Origin: Lingula anatina
Taxonomy: Eukaryota; Animalia; Brachiopoda
NCBI GenBank assembly: GCA_051362555.1
Contig: CM120648.1
Coordinates: 101,721 to 165,720 of the forward strand
Direction of reading: 5' to 3'
DNA: 64,000 nucleotides
The position numbers were made by a program, and so were the translations under genes. Under the pieces are notes generated by a model, which worked only from the letters and a program-made list of their open reading frames with translations, had not been told where the DNA came from and did no database searches. This document shows positions 25,150-37,165 of this stretch, one piece after another; the first letter of the stretch is position 1, and the number at the start of each line of letters is the position of its first letter.

Positions 25150-28100
25150 TCACGTTTTATCTTCAATTTCCTCAGCATACAGCTGCATCTGAAAAACATT
25201 GTGTCATATAGTTTTATATACCAACATAGAATGTATAAATACAAGTGTTATCTTTTTATGTCATGTATTCATTCATTTAACAATGCCTATTTATTTATAT
25301 TTGAAATGAAAAGTAGAGTGGTATGTGTGTTCAAAGTAGTCTTTGTAGATGTTGAAACCATTCCAGGTCAAAACAACTGGACCATGGACCAGAACCCCCC
25401 TCACCCCCCCCCCCCCCCCCCCTCACACACACACACCAAGGATTCAATGACCAGAGCTGAGGGGTCCACCTGGGGTGTAGCAGAGGCCCCACTGTATCTT
25501 AACTCTTCATACCAGTCTAAGGGTTTATTCAGAATGAGTTTGGCTGACTTAGCAAAAATTCACTGTGAACGTTTCCTAACATAACTGCAATATGCATGAT
25601 GTATACAGAAAATGAAAATCCTAATATGTATAATTATAAGATGATGAACAAGGTCAAGGACAGAATAAAAATGGGGTCACTGACCTGTACAAGCCCAGTC
25701 TGCATGGCTTTCAGTGGCACTAGTCTAGAGTCTGCCATGCTGGTCTGGAGATCTTCAGCTTGTACCCATGGAAACGACTGGTTTAAATAATAACAGTTAC
25801 CATGGTTACATCCTTCCTCACAATAAATCACAACAATTTATGAAGAAGTAGAAAAACTGCAAAAAAAGTAGCATACCAAGCATAAAAATATGGATCAGTC
25901 ATTTTAACATAAATCTGATGTCCTGAATAAGAAACTTCTGAAACAACTGAAAATAATTGAATGATATCAGTCCAAAATGTAGTAAAATTTAAAACACAGT
26001 TATGATAAAAACTTAAAAGTGCATTTTTCACATAATATTCACAGTATTCTTGCTAAATTATTTAAAATGAACTTAATCTTTTTCGTTTTTAATTATTTTC
26101 TAAGCTAGAATTCTACCTCTATGAGTGGCTGACTTTGTAAGGTGTCCACAGCACTTTCTTTGGTGTGAACTTGAACTGTCCATGTGCAGTCTGAAAATGC
26201 AATTTTAAGTTAAGAAAAGAAGTTATTCAGCGTGTCAAAATAAATTAAATTTTTTTTTTGTCTAATTTGCATCATGACAACTTGAAGATTACAGCAATCA
26301 AAACATATCAGCTGGATTAAATGACATATAATATGGAGGGCAAAGTTTGAGGCAAAAGTCTGAAAAGAACAAGAATTGGGTATCATACCAAAATTCAGAA
26401 TTGATCTAACTTGTAAAAGTAATCACTCACATGGTCACATTTATGTGCATATTAACTTTTGTTGTAATATTTTATGGATATCACATTGTCAATAATAAAT
26501 CCAACCCTCTTCCCTATTTTGAACAGGGAAATTAAGACATGCTTTTTCTGTATAAATATTGTCAGTGCCTAAAAACTGATGATCAATACAAACCACCAGT
26601 CTTGGAATTACTATCATGTAGAATCTCAAGTTACCTTTTGGTTTGTCTGACAGCAGAGCTTCACAAATATTCAGCTTTAAAATAAATGACCTCAAGGCCT
26701 GCTCTATCCTCAGTAAGAAACTGTCATCACTGAAAATATAGCAAACAGAATCCAAGTTCAAGATTTTATATCTTCTATTTTTAGTTACTCAAAAATACAC
26801 GATTTCTAACTTGGAACTAACTTTCTGCTCACAACCAACAGTAATTCATTTTTTTTATGCATCATGTACTATGTATAAAACATTGTATTTGGTAAATGTA
26901 ACCAAGTTTGTTCCAAAGTGATAGCAGATTTTAAGATTTAAGCACAATTACCTGGAAATACTTTAACAGTCATATTTACATATCCAACATGTTCCAAATT
27001 AATGTTAAATAAAGCATAATAGAAACAGGCAAGTTCTCAGAAATTGTTGACTTATTTACATACATATTAGTAAGTTAGCAGCTGTTACAATAACAATTAA
27101 CATACCTGATATTGGGTTGTTGTGGAGTTGTTATCTCGAAAACAAATCTTTCTACAGGACGTTCAAAACCGTCCAGGATCACCAACACCACTTTCTCCAG
27201 CTCGTTATTTTGAAGCAATGGTCTCAGACTTTTTACCACTTCCTGGATATAACTCCTCACCTCTGGGTGACGTGATACCTGGTGGGAAATAAAAACAGTT
27301 TTAATTTAGTCAATATAAAACTTGGGGATGATGAGATATCAAGTGGAAAAGAAAACAATTATTAATTTAATCAATATACAAGTTCAGGGTGATGAGATAC
27401 CTGGTAAAATAAACATTTTCTACGTTAAATCAATATACATCAGTGTGATTAGATATGAGGTGAGAAGTGAAAATATCTTCAAAATTTAATCAATACACAA
27501 CTTCAAGGTGATGGATAGCTGGTGGGAAATAAAAATATTTTTGATATGATGCGTGTTGATGGCAGTGTGGTTATAGTGTCCCCCTCAGGAACTGGAGGAC
27601 ATGGGCCTAGCTATGTCCAAGGACAATTGAACCAGTCCTTTATAAAAAGTGCCTGCTGTCTACCAGCTTGGCACTGAGCACTTAGGGGTAAATGTATATG
27701 TACAGCATCCAGGTTGGATTCTGCAGAGGGAGGTAAAAACATTCCCATCAAGTCAGAATCAGGGTCTATAATGTGTAAATGTGAAATCAAGTGTGTGTGC
27801 AGGCCCATGGCCAGGAGGTATGGGAGGGTGCGGTCCACTCTGGGTAAAATGTGATCCAGGTACATGAAGGTTTTGTGTTAAAAGGTCCACTTTTTCAGAG
27901 AAAGACCCCCTCTTGGGTATATATGGGCCTACAGTAGCTGTGTGCATGTACTACTGTAGTATGCATGTGTTATACGTGTATGCATTTATGTGGTTGGATT
28001 TTATACCTGCACTGGAATATTGTACTTTTTTCTTCTTTCAAAGACTCCAGGAGGATAGACCTGCCTCACATACAGAATACAATGGAATGCCACTTCAAGA

Positions 28101-28351
28101 AACTCACACAGAATGTCAGCAGAAACTGAAACATGGAGAAAATTGCTCTATCAATAATAGCTGTAACAGTCAATCTTAAATGACAGACACTTGTCCTTCC
28201 AATTTCTATAGGCATGCAGTCTCAAATATCTCTGTCTTTATTCTGCATGCTACTGGTACATGTACGGTACTAAGACCAGGACAATGAGGTTCAGTTTGCA
28301 AATAACACTGCTTTGGGTACCTTCTGACACACTAAAATCTTGATGGCTCAT
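25150..28351 (-). CDS. MAD2L2: MAD2L2/REV7 HORMA-domain protein, ~207 aa, 7 coding exons
   Basis: Exons 28351-28321, 28125-28007, 27278-27106, 26729-26635, 26190-26117, 25777-25685, 25188-25150, with consistent phases. Motifs [59 protein letters not shown] and MQLYAEE. Confidence 0.95.
27260..27540 (-). repeat. Decayed ~60-bp tandem array echoing the MAD2L2 exon 3 acceptor and first exon bases
   Basis: About five units of gggtga..gatacctggtgggaaataaaa...aattt(a)atcaata. Copies at 27401 and 27519 retain the ccag acceptor. Confidence 0.7.
27558..27700 (+). mobile_element. Possible decayed tRNA-derived SINE
   Basis: A-box-like tggcagtgtgg, followed by a segment (aaaaagtgcctgctgtctaccagcttggcactgagcactt) resembling conserved central SINE domains from memory. 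No B box is recognisable. Confidence 0.3.
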
Positions 28352-28826
28352 TTGGCTTTTTGACCTTAAAGACCTCTACATACAACATTGACTGGTCAGG
28401 TCTTAAAAGACGACATGGGTTCTATCATCAGGTGTCGCGTTTTACAGAAAACAAACACAGCTGTACACGTGAGGTAGCGGAGTTGCAAAGAAAAACTTGG
28501 TGCTCTCTAGTATACGGAGAACGGAAAGTAGGTCAGCGGATGACAAGCAGTGTGGTGAAGGGTAAGGAGACGTACGATGTGTTTGTTTTAAGAAACAGAG
28601 ACATTTTGAGGTATTGATATGGTGCAGTCTAGTACAAACTTTTAGGTTTGAGTAGTTGTAAATCTGAAAACCGTAACTAAAACTGGCGAGCGCAAGGACT
28701 GCTGCAATATTGCCGCTGCCACTGTGGTATCTTATTTTACAGTCGCCAGACAACATTTGATTCTGTAGTAAATTGTAATATTGCTGTCTTTTGACATTCG
28801 GGTTCTCGCTAGCATCAAGTATCAGA
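28352..28826. promoter_or_regulatory. Bidirectional promoter and 5' UTRs shared by MAD2L2 and COPS7
   Basis: Divergent ATGs only ~475 bp apart and locally CpG-richer. CACGTG E-box at 28466-28471. Probable COPS7 5'-UTR intron (donor gtaagg ~28562, acceptor ctcgctag ending 28812). Confidence 0.7.
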
Positions 28827-29933
28827 ATGGCTGCCCCCACAGAGAAACCCCTCTCTGTGAACCCGTTGGAACAGTTTGTCTTGCTGGCCAAGTCCGCCAA
28901 AGGAGCTGCTGCTGTGGAATTAGTGAAGCAAGCACTAGAGGCGCCAGGCGTGTATGTGTTTGGAGAACTACTGGCCATGCCACATATACAAGAGGTTAGT
29001 GCACTCTGTGTAAAATAATAATGATAATAATAATAATAATACATTTACAAAAATAATAGTCTCTGACCAGGCTAATGTCACTGAGACTGTTTATTTTGAT
29101 GGTTAAAAATTAACTGTTAATATTTCAACTACTGTACATGTATAGATATGAAGAATCCCTCAATTATGATAGATTTGAAGCAGGAATTTTCATGGGAAAT
29201 GGGGTACACTGAGCCCAAAATGTGAACCTGTGGTTTGGTCATCAGTTTTAAAGTCAGTCCAACCCAAACATTTTGTAAACTGTCCAGTTGTCCTTGGAGG
29301 CTACTAGTAATGGCCCTCCAAATGATGACTGGGAGGCTCCCTGGGAAAAGCCTTGCTTTGAAGTATTGTCAATGATTTTTAAAAGTTTTTTAACATTAAC
29401 AACAAGTAACATATTACATTTGAGAGGATAAAGTGAAAAATAATATTAAAAGTTATTGAGTTAATATAGAAAGAATGTACTTAAAGTATATTGAATATCA
29501 CATATTATTTCACCAGTTGGCTGAAGGTCCACATGCTGCATATTTCAACCTGTTGAATTTGTTTGCATTTGGGACAGTAAAAGACTATGAAGGTAAGGAG
29601 TGACGTTCTAATAGTCAATCTTTATTTTTTCAAACTTTTTTTTAAAATTTATTCTGAGGTATTACAGATGAATTATCTTAAAGAATTAGGTTATGCCATC
29701 TTGGTAATGATTTCATTGTCTGTTTACATTTTTCTTTGGTATCAAATCGTAAGGTATGCATAAATCTTTCTATGATTAAGTGATGTGTTATAATATCTAT
29801 TTTAGAAAATAAAGCAACATTGCCAGAATTAACAAATGCAAGTCTTACAAAACTCAGGCATCTCACCTTAGTGGCTTTAGCAACTAAGTCAAAAGTAAGT
29901 ATGTGTGAGAAAGAGTGTGTGTACTTGTATTTG

Positions 29934-29970
<37 letters not shown>

Positions 29971-32900
29971 AGGTAATAAGTACACACATGTAGTTGTGTT
30001 ATAGTACAAAAATACCTTAAGCATATTTGCTGTTGATAGAGTAATTATAATTGATATGGAATAATAACTTAAGAATGGATCAGCTTCTTAATTCATTAAT
30101 TGACCAGGTAATGTGCCTAATACTTGATTCATGTACAGTATGTATATTTTATATATAATATTTATATATATTGCTTTTATTTCTGTAGGTCATTCCCTAT
30201 TCAACCCTTCTAACAGAGCTAAATATGAAGAACCTGCGTGAGTTGGAGGTAAATCTGACTTGTTCAAGAACATTGTTATAATAAATTTTAATTCTTATGA
30301 TTACAGAAAATTCCTTCCCAATTAAATCTTAAATTTGTATTTTAATGATTTTTTTTATGAAATTGCCATTTAACATTTCAATAAGTGAAATAATTTCCAA
30401 TTGATCTTTTTTATGATAATTACTCATAGATGTTACAATAAATATCTATAGTGATCGTGCTTATCTATTTGAATTTAATTAATTTAATTATGAATTTAAA
30501 TTACTTTTGAGAACCTGTAAATCATCTTTTTTTTTTAGGTATTAGCTTTCAGAGGACACATAGCTAATCTATTTTGTTTACAGTTGGCGAGATATACTAT
30601 TCTGATATGTTTGGATGTTCTAGGACTTGATAATAGAAGTGATCTATGCTGATATCGTGCGGGGCAAGCTAGACCAGAAGAACCAGCAGTTAGAAGTAGA
30701 CTATGCCATTGGTCGCGACATAAGAGAAGAACAAGTGACAGAGATGGTCAATGTATTACAAGAATGGTATGTGTGCTGGCATCACATCTCTCTCTCTTTC
30801 TTTCTCTCTCTGTTGTAAAGCTTTGTAATTGACTTGGTTGATTACCTGTCTCTCTTGTACATCTCTCCTTCACTTGTGATATTTTTTCTGATGTGCCACC
30901 TTCTTATCTTAGCCTTCTTTGATGATTGCTATGCAGAACCTGACAGGTGTCATGAGTTTTTCTATAACTACCATAAATAACATATAAAAAGTTGCATCAT
31001 GAATGGACTGTTTGTTTTAACTTAACTAACGTCTGCAAATTGGAAGAAAGGTGAACAGTATGATTTGTATTAATATTAAGAATTGATTGCATTTCTCAAA
31101 GGATATTACTGTAGAATTTTGCTCTGTACTCTAATTGCTTGACTCCTCCAGGTGCGACAGCTGTGACATTGTTCTAAAAGGAATCGACTCGCAGATCATG
31201 AGAGCCAATCAGAAGAAAGAATACAACATCAAACTGGTGCAACAAATGGAGACAGAAGTAAGCGTTTCTTCACGGTTATAATCATTATGAGAGTCTGCAA
31301 CATATCTAGTACCGCCCCAAGTTCACTGAATAAGAGTTGGCAGTGAATAATTTAACAAGGCAGCAAAGCTGTCAAATGTACAGACAAAGAACAGAAAATA
31401 AAGATGCAAATAAGTGAAAAATTAAATTTTCACAAAAAACTGTTAAATTGCCAGAAAAATTTACCAAACAGACTGCGTTGCCTATTGAAGCTGTATGTTA
31501 GACCCATGTTTCTTTCCTGTAAGTTTGAGAACAGTAAGTGACATGATTTCCCTTAAATGGTCATCATAGGAGCAGTGCCCAAAATAGGGGTTTCTTCAAA
31601 TTTTGATGCAACATTACATAATGTTTAACAGCATAATGACAATCAAATGTTATTAATAAAATATTAGTAACATGGACATTCAGAAAATGTGACAAGCAAA
31701 AGTCTTCAAGATCATGGAACTTTAAAGTCACACCTTGAAAATGCCAATATGTGAAAAATTAAATTTTCACAAAAAACTGTTTAACTGCCAAAAAAAAAAT
31801 AAATAAATAAATAAATAAAAATACCAAACAGACTGCATTGCCTACTGAAGCTGTATTTTAGTCCCATGTTTCTTTCCTGTAAGTTTGAGAACAGTAAGTG
31901 ACATGATTTTCCTTAAATGGTCATCATGGAAGTAGTGCCCAAAATAGGGATTTCTTCAAATTTTGATGCAATATTACATAATGTTTAACAGCTTAATGAC
32001 CATCAATTTTTAATTATAAAATATTTGTTTCACAGATATTCAGAAAATGTGACTAGCAAAGGTCTTCAGGCCCATGGAACTTCAAAGTCACGCCTTGAAA
32101 ATGCCAAAATGTAAACAAGACAGCACTGTTCTGAAATGGGTTTATTTCCATTTTTAACACTTTTTTTAACATAAAACAAAATAAACATTTTACTGCCATT
32201 TTATATGACCAACTAAGAAAATTGATGAGATGGGAAAAGTATCAATAGAACAGTGTTAAATGTCCAATTTCCTCCATTCTGAGATTCTGAACATAGTGGA
32301 TGATTGAATCTGACAAACTGCAATGATATGAGTTTATTTCCATTTTTGACACTAATTACACAATACATGATAACAAGTTTACCATGTTTTTTACATAATC
32401 AACTAACAATGTTGTAAAGATGCAGGAAATATCAAACAAACACTTTTAGGCATCTTATTAGTTAAATAATGAGACTGTTAACATGCCTAATAAATGAATC
32501 TGAGGAAATGTGAAAAACAGTATAACTTCTAAAATAATGGCCCGATTATGCTGATTTTCGAACTCAACCTGCGTTTTAGTAAGATTGACCACTCCTGTAA
32601 GTATAATTACAATTGGCCAATCCGTTTTTCTTATATTGTGTTATCAGTGTTGTATTTATATTGAAAATAGTGAAAAAACAGCATAAATTCCCTAAAAATG
32701 GCCCAATCATGCTGATTTTCGAACTTGACCTGCGTATTATGAATATTCATCAGTTCTGTAAGTTTCAAGTCAAAAGGTAAAATGGTTTTCCACTTATCGT
32801 GTTATCGGTGCTGCATATATGCTGAAAAAAGTGAAAAAACAGCATAAATTCCCTAAAAGTGACCCGATCATGCTGATTTTCGAACTTGACCTGCTTATTA

Positions 32901-35900
32901 TGAATATTCATCAGTTCTGTAAGTTTCAAGTCAAAAGGTAAAATGGTTTTCCACTTATCGTGTTATCGGTGCTGCATATATGCTGAAAAAAGTGAAAAAA
33001 CAGCATAAATTCCCTAAAAGTGACCCGATCATGCTGATTTTCGAACTTGACCTGCGTATTATGAATATTCATCAGTTCTGCAAGTTTCAAGTCAAAAGGT
33101 AAAATGGTTTTCCACTTATCGTGTTATCGGTAAAAGTGCACGGCGATGACGGCGACGACGGCGACGACAGACGCAGATGATGGCTATATGTACAGACACA
33201 TCTGTGTCTGTACATAAAAAGACAGTTTTTTCAAAATTAAGTCTTTTTAGCAGTTGTTTAAGATTATTCTCTCATATATAAAATATTCCCTCTTTGGGTT
33301 AGTAACCTAAAATTTCGACTAGTCTTGAGGTTTTCCTTGGCCCACTTCTCATTAGTCCATTTTTTAATCCAAATTACAATTTTTTTTTTGTATGGTTTAG
33401 ATTGTTGAACTCTTATCACATCAGAAAATGTTTGTGTGTGTGTGGATAGGTGTGATATGCCAATATTCATAGCTGACAATATTCCAGATGTGTTTGTATT
33501 GTCTGTAATATCCGAACACAACAAAAAATAATGAGTATGTGAAATTCAAGTTTGTCAGTCATGTGCTTGTATTGTTTAGATTGCTAACATAAAATAATGA
33601 GTATGTGAAATTCAAGTTTATAAGGTTGTCAGTCATGTGCTTGTATTGTTTAGATTGCTAACATAAAATAATGAGTATGTGAAATTCAAGTTTGTAAGGT
33701 TGTCAGTCATGTGCTTGTATTGTTTAGATTGCTAACATAAAATAATGAGTATGTGAAATTCAAGTTTGTAAGGTTGTCAGTCATGTGCTTGTATTGTTTA
33801 GATTGCTAACATAAAATAATGAGTATGTGAAATTCAAGTTTGTAAGGTTGTCAGTCATGTGCTTGTATTGTTTATAAGGTTGTCAGTCATGTGCTTGTAT
33901 TGTTTATAAGGTTGTCAGTCATGTGCTTGTATTGTTTATAAGGTTGTCAGTCATGTGCTTGTATTGTTTATAAGGTTGTCAGTCATGTGCTTGTATTGTT
34001 TAGATTGCTAACATAAAATAATGAGTATGTGAAATTCAAGTTTGTAAGGTTGTCAGTCATGTGCTTGTATTGTTTAGATTGCTAACATAAAATAATGAGT
34101 ATGTGAAATTCAAGTTTGTAAGGTTGTCAGTCATGTGCTTGTATTGTTTATAAGGTTGTCAGTCATGTGCTTGTATTGTTTATAAGGTTGTCAGTCATGT
34201 GCTTGTATTGTTTATAAGGTTGTCAGTCATGTGCTTGTATTGTTTATAAGGTTGTCAGTCATGTGCTTGTATTGTTTATAAGGTTGTCAGTCATGTGCTT
34301 GTATTGTTTATAAGGTTGTCAGTCATGTGCTTGTATTGTTTATAAGGTTGTCAGTCATGTGCTTGTATTGTTTATAAGGTTGTCAGTCATGTGCTTGTAT
34401 TGTTTATAAGGTTCAGTGCACTCGGTAGGATTTTTCTAAGGGAGTACCGTACCCCTTGCCCAAAAAAAGAAGGGGTAATTTTCAAAATGAAGGGGTAAAA
34501 TTAAAAAATGCTCATCAAGGTGTAATTTTGTGTATTAATAATCATGCAATCACACAGTTCACTTTCATAACAATAACCCACTATCCTTTTATCCAAAATC
34601 TTTTATTATTGCAATTTAACAAAAAGAAAACAAAATTAAACTGCGACTTTGTGCAGATCATCAGACTGGGATAGTGGAGGAACAATCTGGGACAGTGGAG
34701 TATCATTCTGTGACACTGCAGTTGGTAGTTGGTCACTATAAAAAAATTGTAAATGTATTTTAATTAAAAAAACAAACAGGTAGTTACTATGTCACCTTAT
34801 AGTGTTGTTTATTTGGCTTTTTCTCCAAAAATCAGTGGGGGGGTGTGTGAAAATATAACATGTAATTTATTAGAGATTTTACATTGCTTTTAAATTACCA
34901 CAGAAACAATCAAAATACAACAAGTACGACTGCACTTCATAGCCAAAAATTTACAATCTATTCGTGACTGAGATTTAAAAATGCTCCTGGCCTAACTGCT
35001 TCCTTAGTAAAGTTTTTAAAAAAACTAGGTCAAACAAGCGCTCTGTAATAGTTGGGAGAGGGAGAGAGAGAGAACGGCGCCAAAATGTCTGGACACTGAC
35101 AAGTAGTCACCCAGTATCCGTCTCTGTCAAACAAGCATTTTTTAATATACTATTTGAGAAGGGACACAAAATTTACATATTTAGCCATTTAAATCAATCA
35201 AAATGTTCATACTTCTTACTCTCCCTAGTGTTTCTCCCTAAAATTGATGCCGACAAAAAGTAGGTCAAGTCGGGAACATTAGGCACCCGTCGTTTTTAAG
35301 TTTTACTAAATTGTTTATAAAAATTAAACCTTTGCTTTCAATTTGTAAATAATTACTAGAAATATTATTTCACAGTTTGTTGAAAGATAATTTTTATTTA
35401 TGTTTGTTAGCGCAGCACTTCAAGTTCAACTGTTTTCTAAGCTGGCCAAATCTGGAGCTAGCCGGTTGCTGCAAACCACTTTGTTTCCAACCGGCAAATG
35501 ACTGCCAATAATAAACGATCTATTTTGTCTGTGATAATAAATTTTACACTTCAAATTTTCCGGGCAAGTGAACAGCCGAAAGTCACTTGCGTTTCCGGGC
35601 GACTACCAGCTAAATTTTCAGTGCCCGGCTGATAAAACTAGTTGCGAAATGCAACCATGGGGCCGTAGCGATAGTCCGAAGGTTCAATAGTCCGAAGGTT
35701 CATTGGTCCGAATGTTCACTATAGAACCTTCGGACCAATGAACCCTTGATTAAAAAAATCGATAAAAATGTTACCACTTTTCGGACCAATGAACCTTCGG
35801 ACCAATGAACCTTCGGACTATCGAGACGCCCCCGCAACCATCGCAAGTAGGTACATGTATGTCGGACTCTGAAATCTATAGTAAATAACTTTGCCTTCCT

Positions 35901-37165
35901 TGCATGACAAAACCTTTTAATTGACTGTTGTTTTTTTCCTTTGCTTTTCCTTTTTCTCGTCATTTTGTCATCACTGGTAATCAGCAGAGCTGGAAATTCC
36001 CGGTCGCCCGCTCGTCAAATGCGACTAAAAATTTATTCTGACGACTAAAACTACAAAAGTCACAAGGGTTATTGGCCTAAAGTATTTGGTCTGGGCGAGT
36101 GATTTAAATTGGTCCTAAACGTATGGTTGCTCAATTAAAATGTTGAACAATTATGTGAATAAAAAAACGATCATTTCATCGTTGTTCATACCTTGTTTAT
36201 ACTAAAGAGAGGCACACGTGCTTTGACCTAAAACTTGCATATTATGACCAATCAGAGAAGATTACGTCATCCTCTGCGGGTCAGTGAAAGAAGAAGCATG
36301 TTTTAGTCGGGTAATTCAAATATCTTAAGAAAAAAATGAGACACTTGGGAATCAATTCTGACATTTTCAACATGAGTCTGACCGTCAACAGTCAACGGAC
36401 TGGTCAACTTCGCCGATCTTCAAAGCCAAAGGTGTGCGTATTCGTACGCGCTGGGGCTCCAGCCAATGCGTAAAAACAGCAAAACAACGCGTAATTACGC
36501 AGTCTCATACGCTAACGAGTTTACTGAGGTTGTCAGTCATGTGGTTGTATTGTTTATAAAGTTGTCAGTCATGTGCTTGTATTGTTTATAAGGTTGTCAG
36601 TCATGTGCTTGTATTGTTTATAAGGTTGTCAGTCATGTGCTTGTATTGTTTATAAGGTTGTCAGTCATGTGCTTGTATTGTTTATAAGGTTGTCAGTCAT
36701 GTGCTTGTATTGTTTAGATTGCTAACATAAAGAAGACGTTGAAGACAACGCAGCAGACTGAAGCAGACGACAACATGGCAGCTGACAGTGGTGTGCAGCC
36801 AGAAAAACCAGCCAAGAAAGCGGCTTCAAAGACAAAGGGGTGTGTGTTTTACTCCATGTACTAGTAGACAGTAAATATGTTGGTATTGTAAATTCCCTAT
36901 TTGAATGCGGAATTCATATGATTGTATAAAGCAAGCAAAGACGACTTGCTTATATGATTGATAAATGCATGAAAGTTAACAAGATATTGATATCTTCCTT
37001 TTGAAAAATGAATGCAGTTGTCGGTGCTTTTTTTTGTTGGAGAACACACTTATTTTGATAAATTTATATCCATTTGCTTTGCAAAAAAACTTATTAACAC
37101 TGTTGTAATAAAATCTAGCCTTTCTTTCCTTCAGACTGAGAGGTAGTGCAAAATTCTGGAAATGA
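28827..37165 (+). CDS. COPS7: COP9 signalosome subunit 7 (PCI domain), ~264 aa, 8 coding exons
   Basis: Exons 28827-28994, 29517-29592, 29806-29894, 30189-30248, 30624-30766, 31152-31257, 36718-36839, 37135-37165, with consistent phases. Motifs [62 protein letters not shown] and [10 protein letters not shown]. Confidence 0.95.
31354..33220. mobile_element. Non-autonomous Helentron-like (HINE) element with internal tandem repeats, in COPS7 intron 6
   Basis: One end is aacaagg + hairpin cagc-aaa-gctg + atgtacagaca (31376-31386). The other end has a (GAC/GGC) microsatellite then a 13-bp stem atgtacagacaca-tc-tgtgtctgtacat (33188-33215), giving the subterminal inverted repeat. Internal ~340-360-bp duplication (31414, 31751) and ~4 copies of a 161-bp unit (32538, 32699, 32860, 33021). 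Confidence 0.75.
33525..34413 (+). repeat. Composite 74-bp/32-bp minisatellite echoing the COPS7 exon 7 acceptor (left part)
   Basis: ttgtttag|ATTGCTAACATAAA with exon-like starts at 33580, 33654, 33728, 33802, 34004 and 34078, interspersed with 32-bp units aaggttgtcagtcatgtgcttgtattgtttat. Confidence 0.95.
34414..36526. mobile_element. 2.1-kb non-autonomous DNA transposon with CAGT termini and 5-bp TSD (hAT5-like)
   Basis: Imperfect TIRs cagtgcactcggtag / ctaacgagtttactg (12/15). AGGTT is duplicated at 34409-34413 and 36527-36531, splitting one 32-bp minisatellite unit exactly. No transposase ORF. Confidence 0.8.
35659..35833. mobile_element. MITE with subterminal tandem repeats, nested in the 2.1-kb element
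   Basis: ggggccgtagcgatagtccgaaggttc...gaaccttcggactatcgagacgccccc flanked by GCAACCAT (8 bp, or 9 bp with one C/T change). A sister copy lies at 50696. Confidence 0.85.
36527..36731 (+). repeat. Right part of the COPS7 acceptor minisatellite, ending in the functional exon 7 acceptor
   Basis: 32-bp units continue to ttgtttag|ATTGCTAACATAAAGAAG at 36718. Confidence 0.95.

Noticed and set aside
28442-29044. 200-aa minus-strand ORF
   Set aside because: Antisense shadow of COPS7 exon 1 starting in a (TAT)n repeat, with no recognisable protein.
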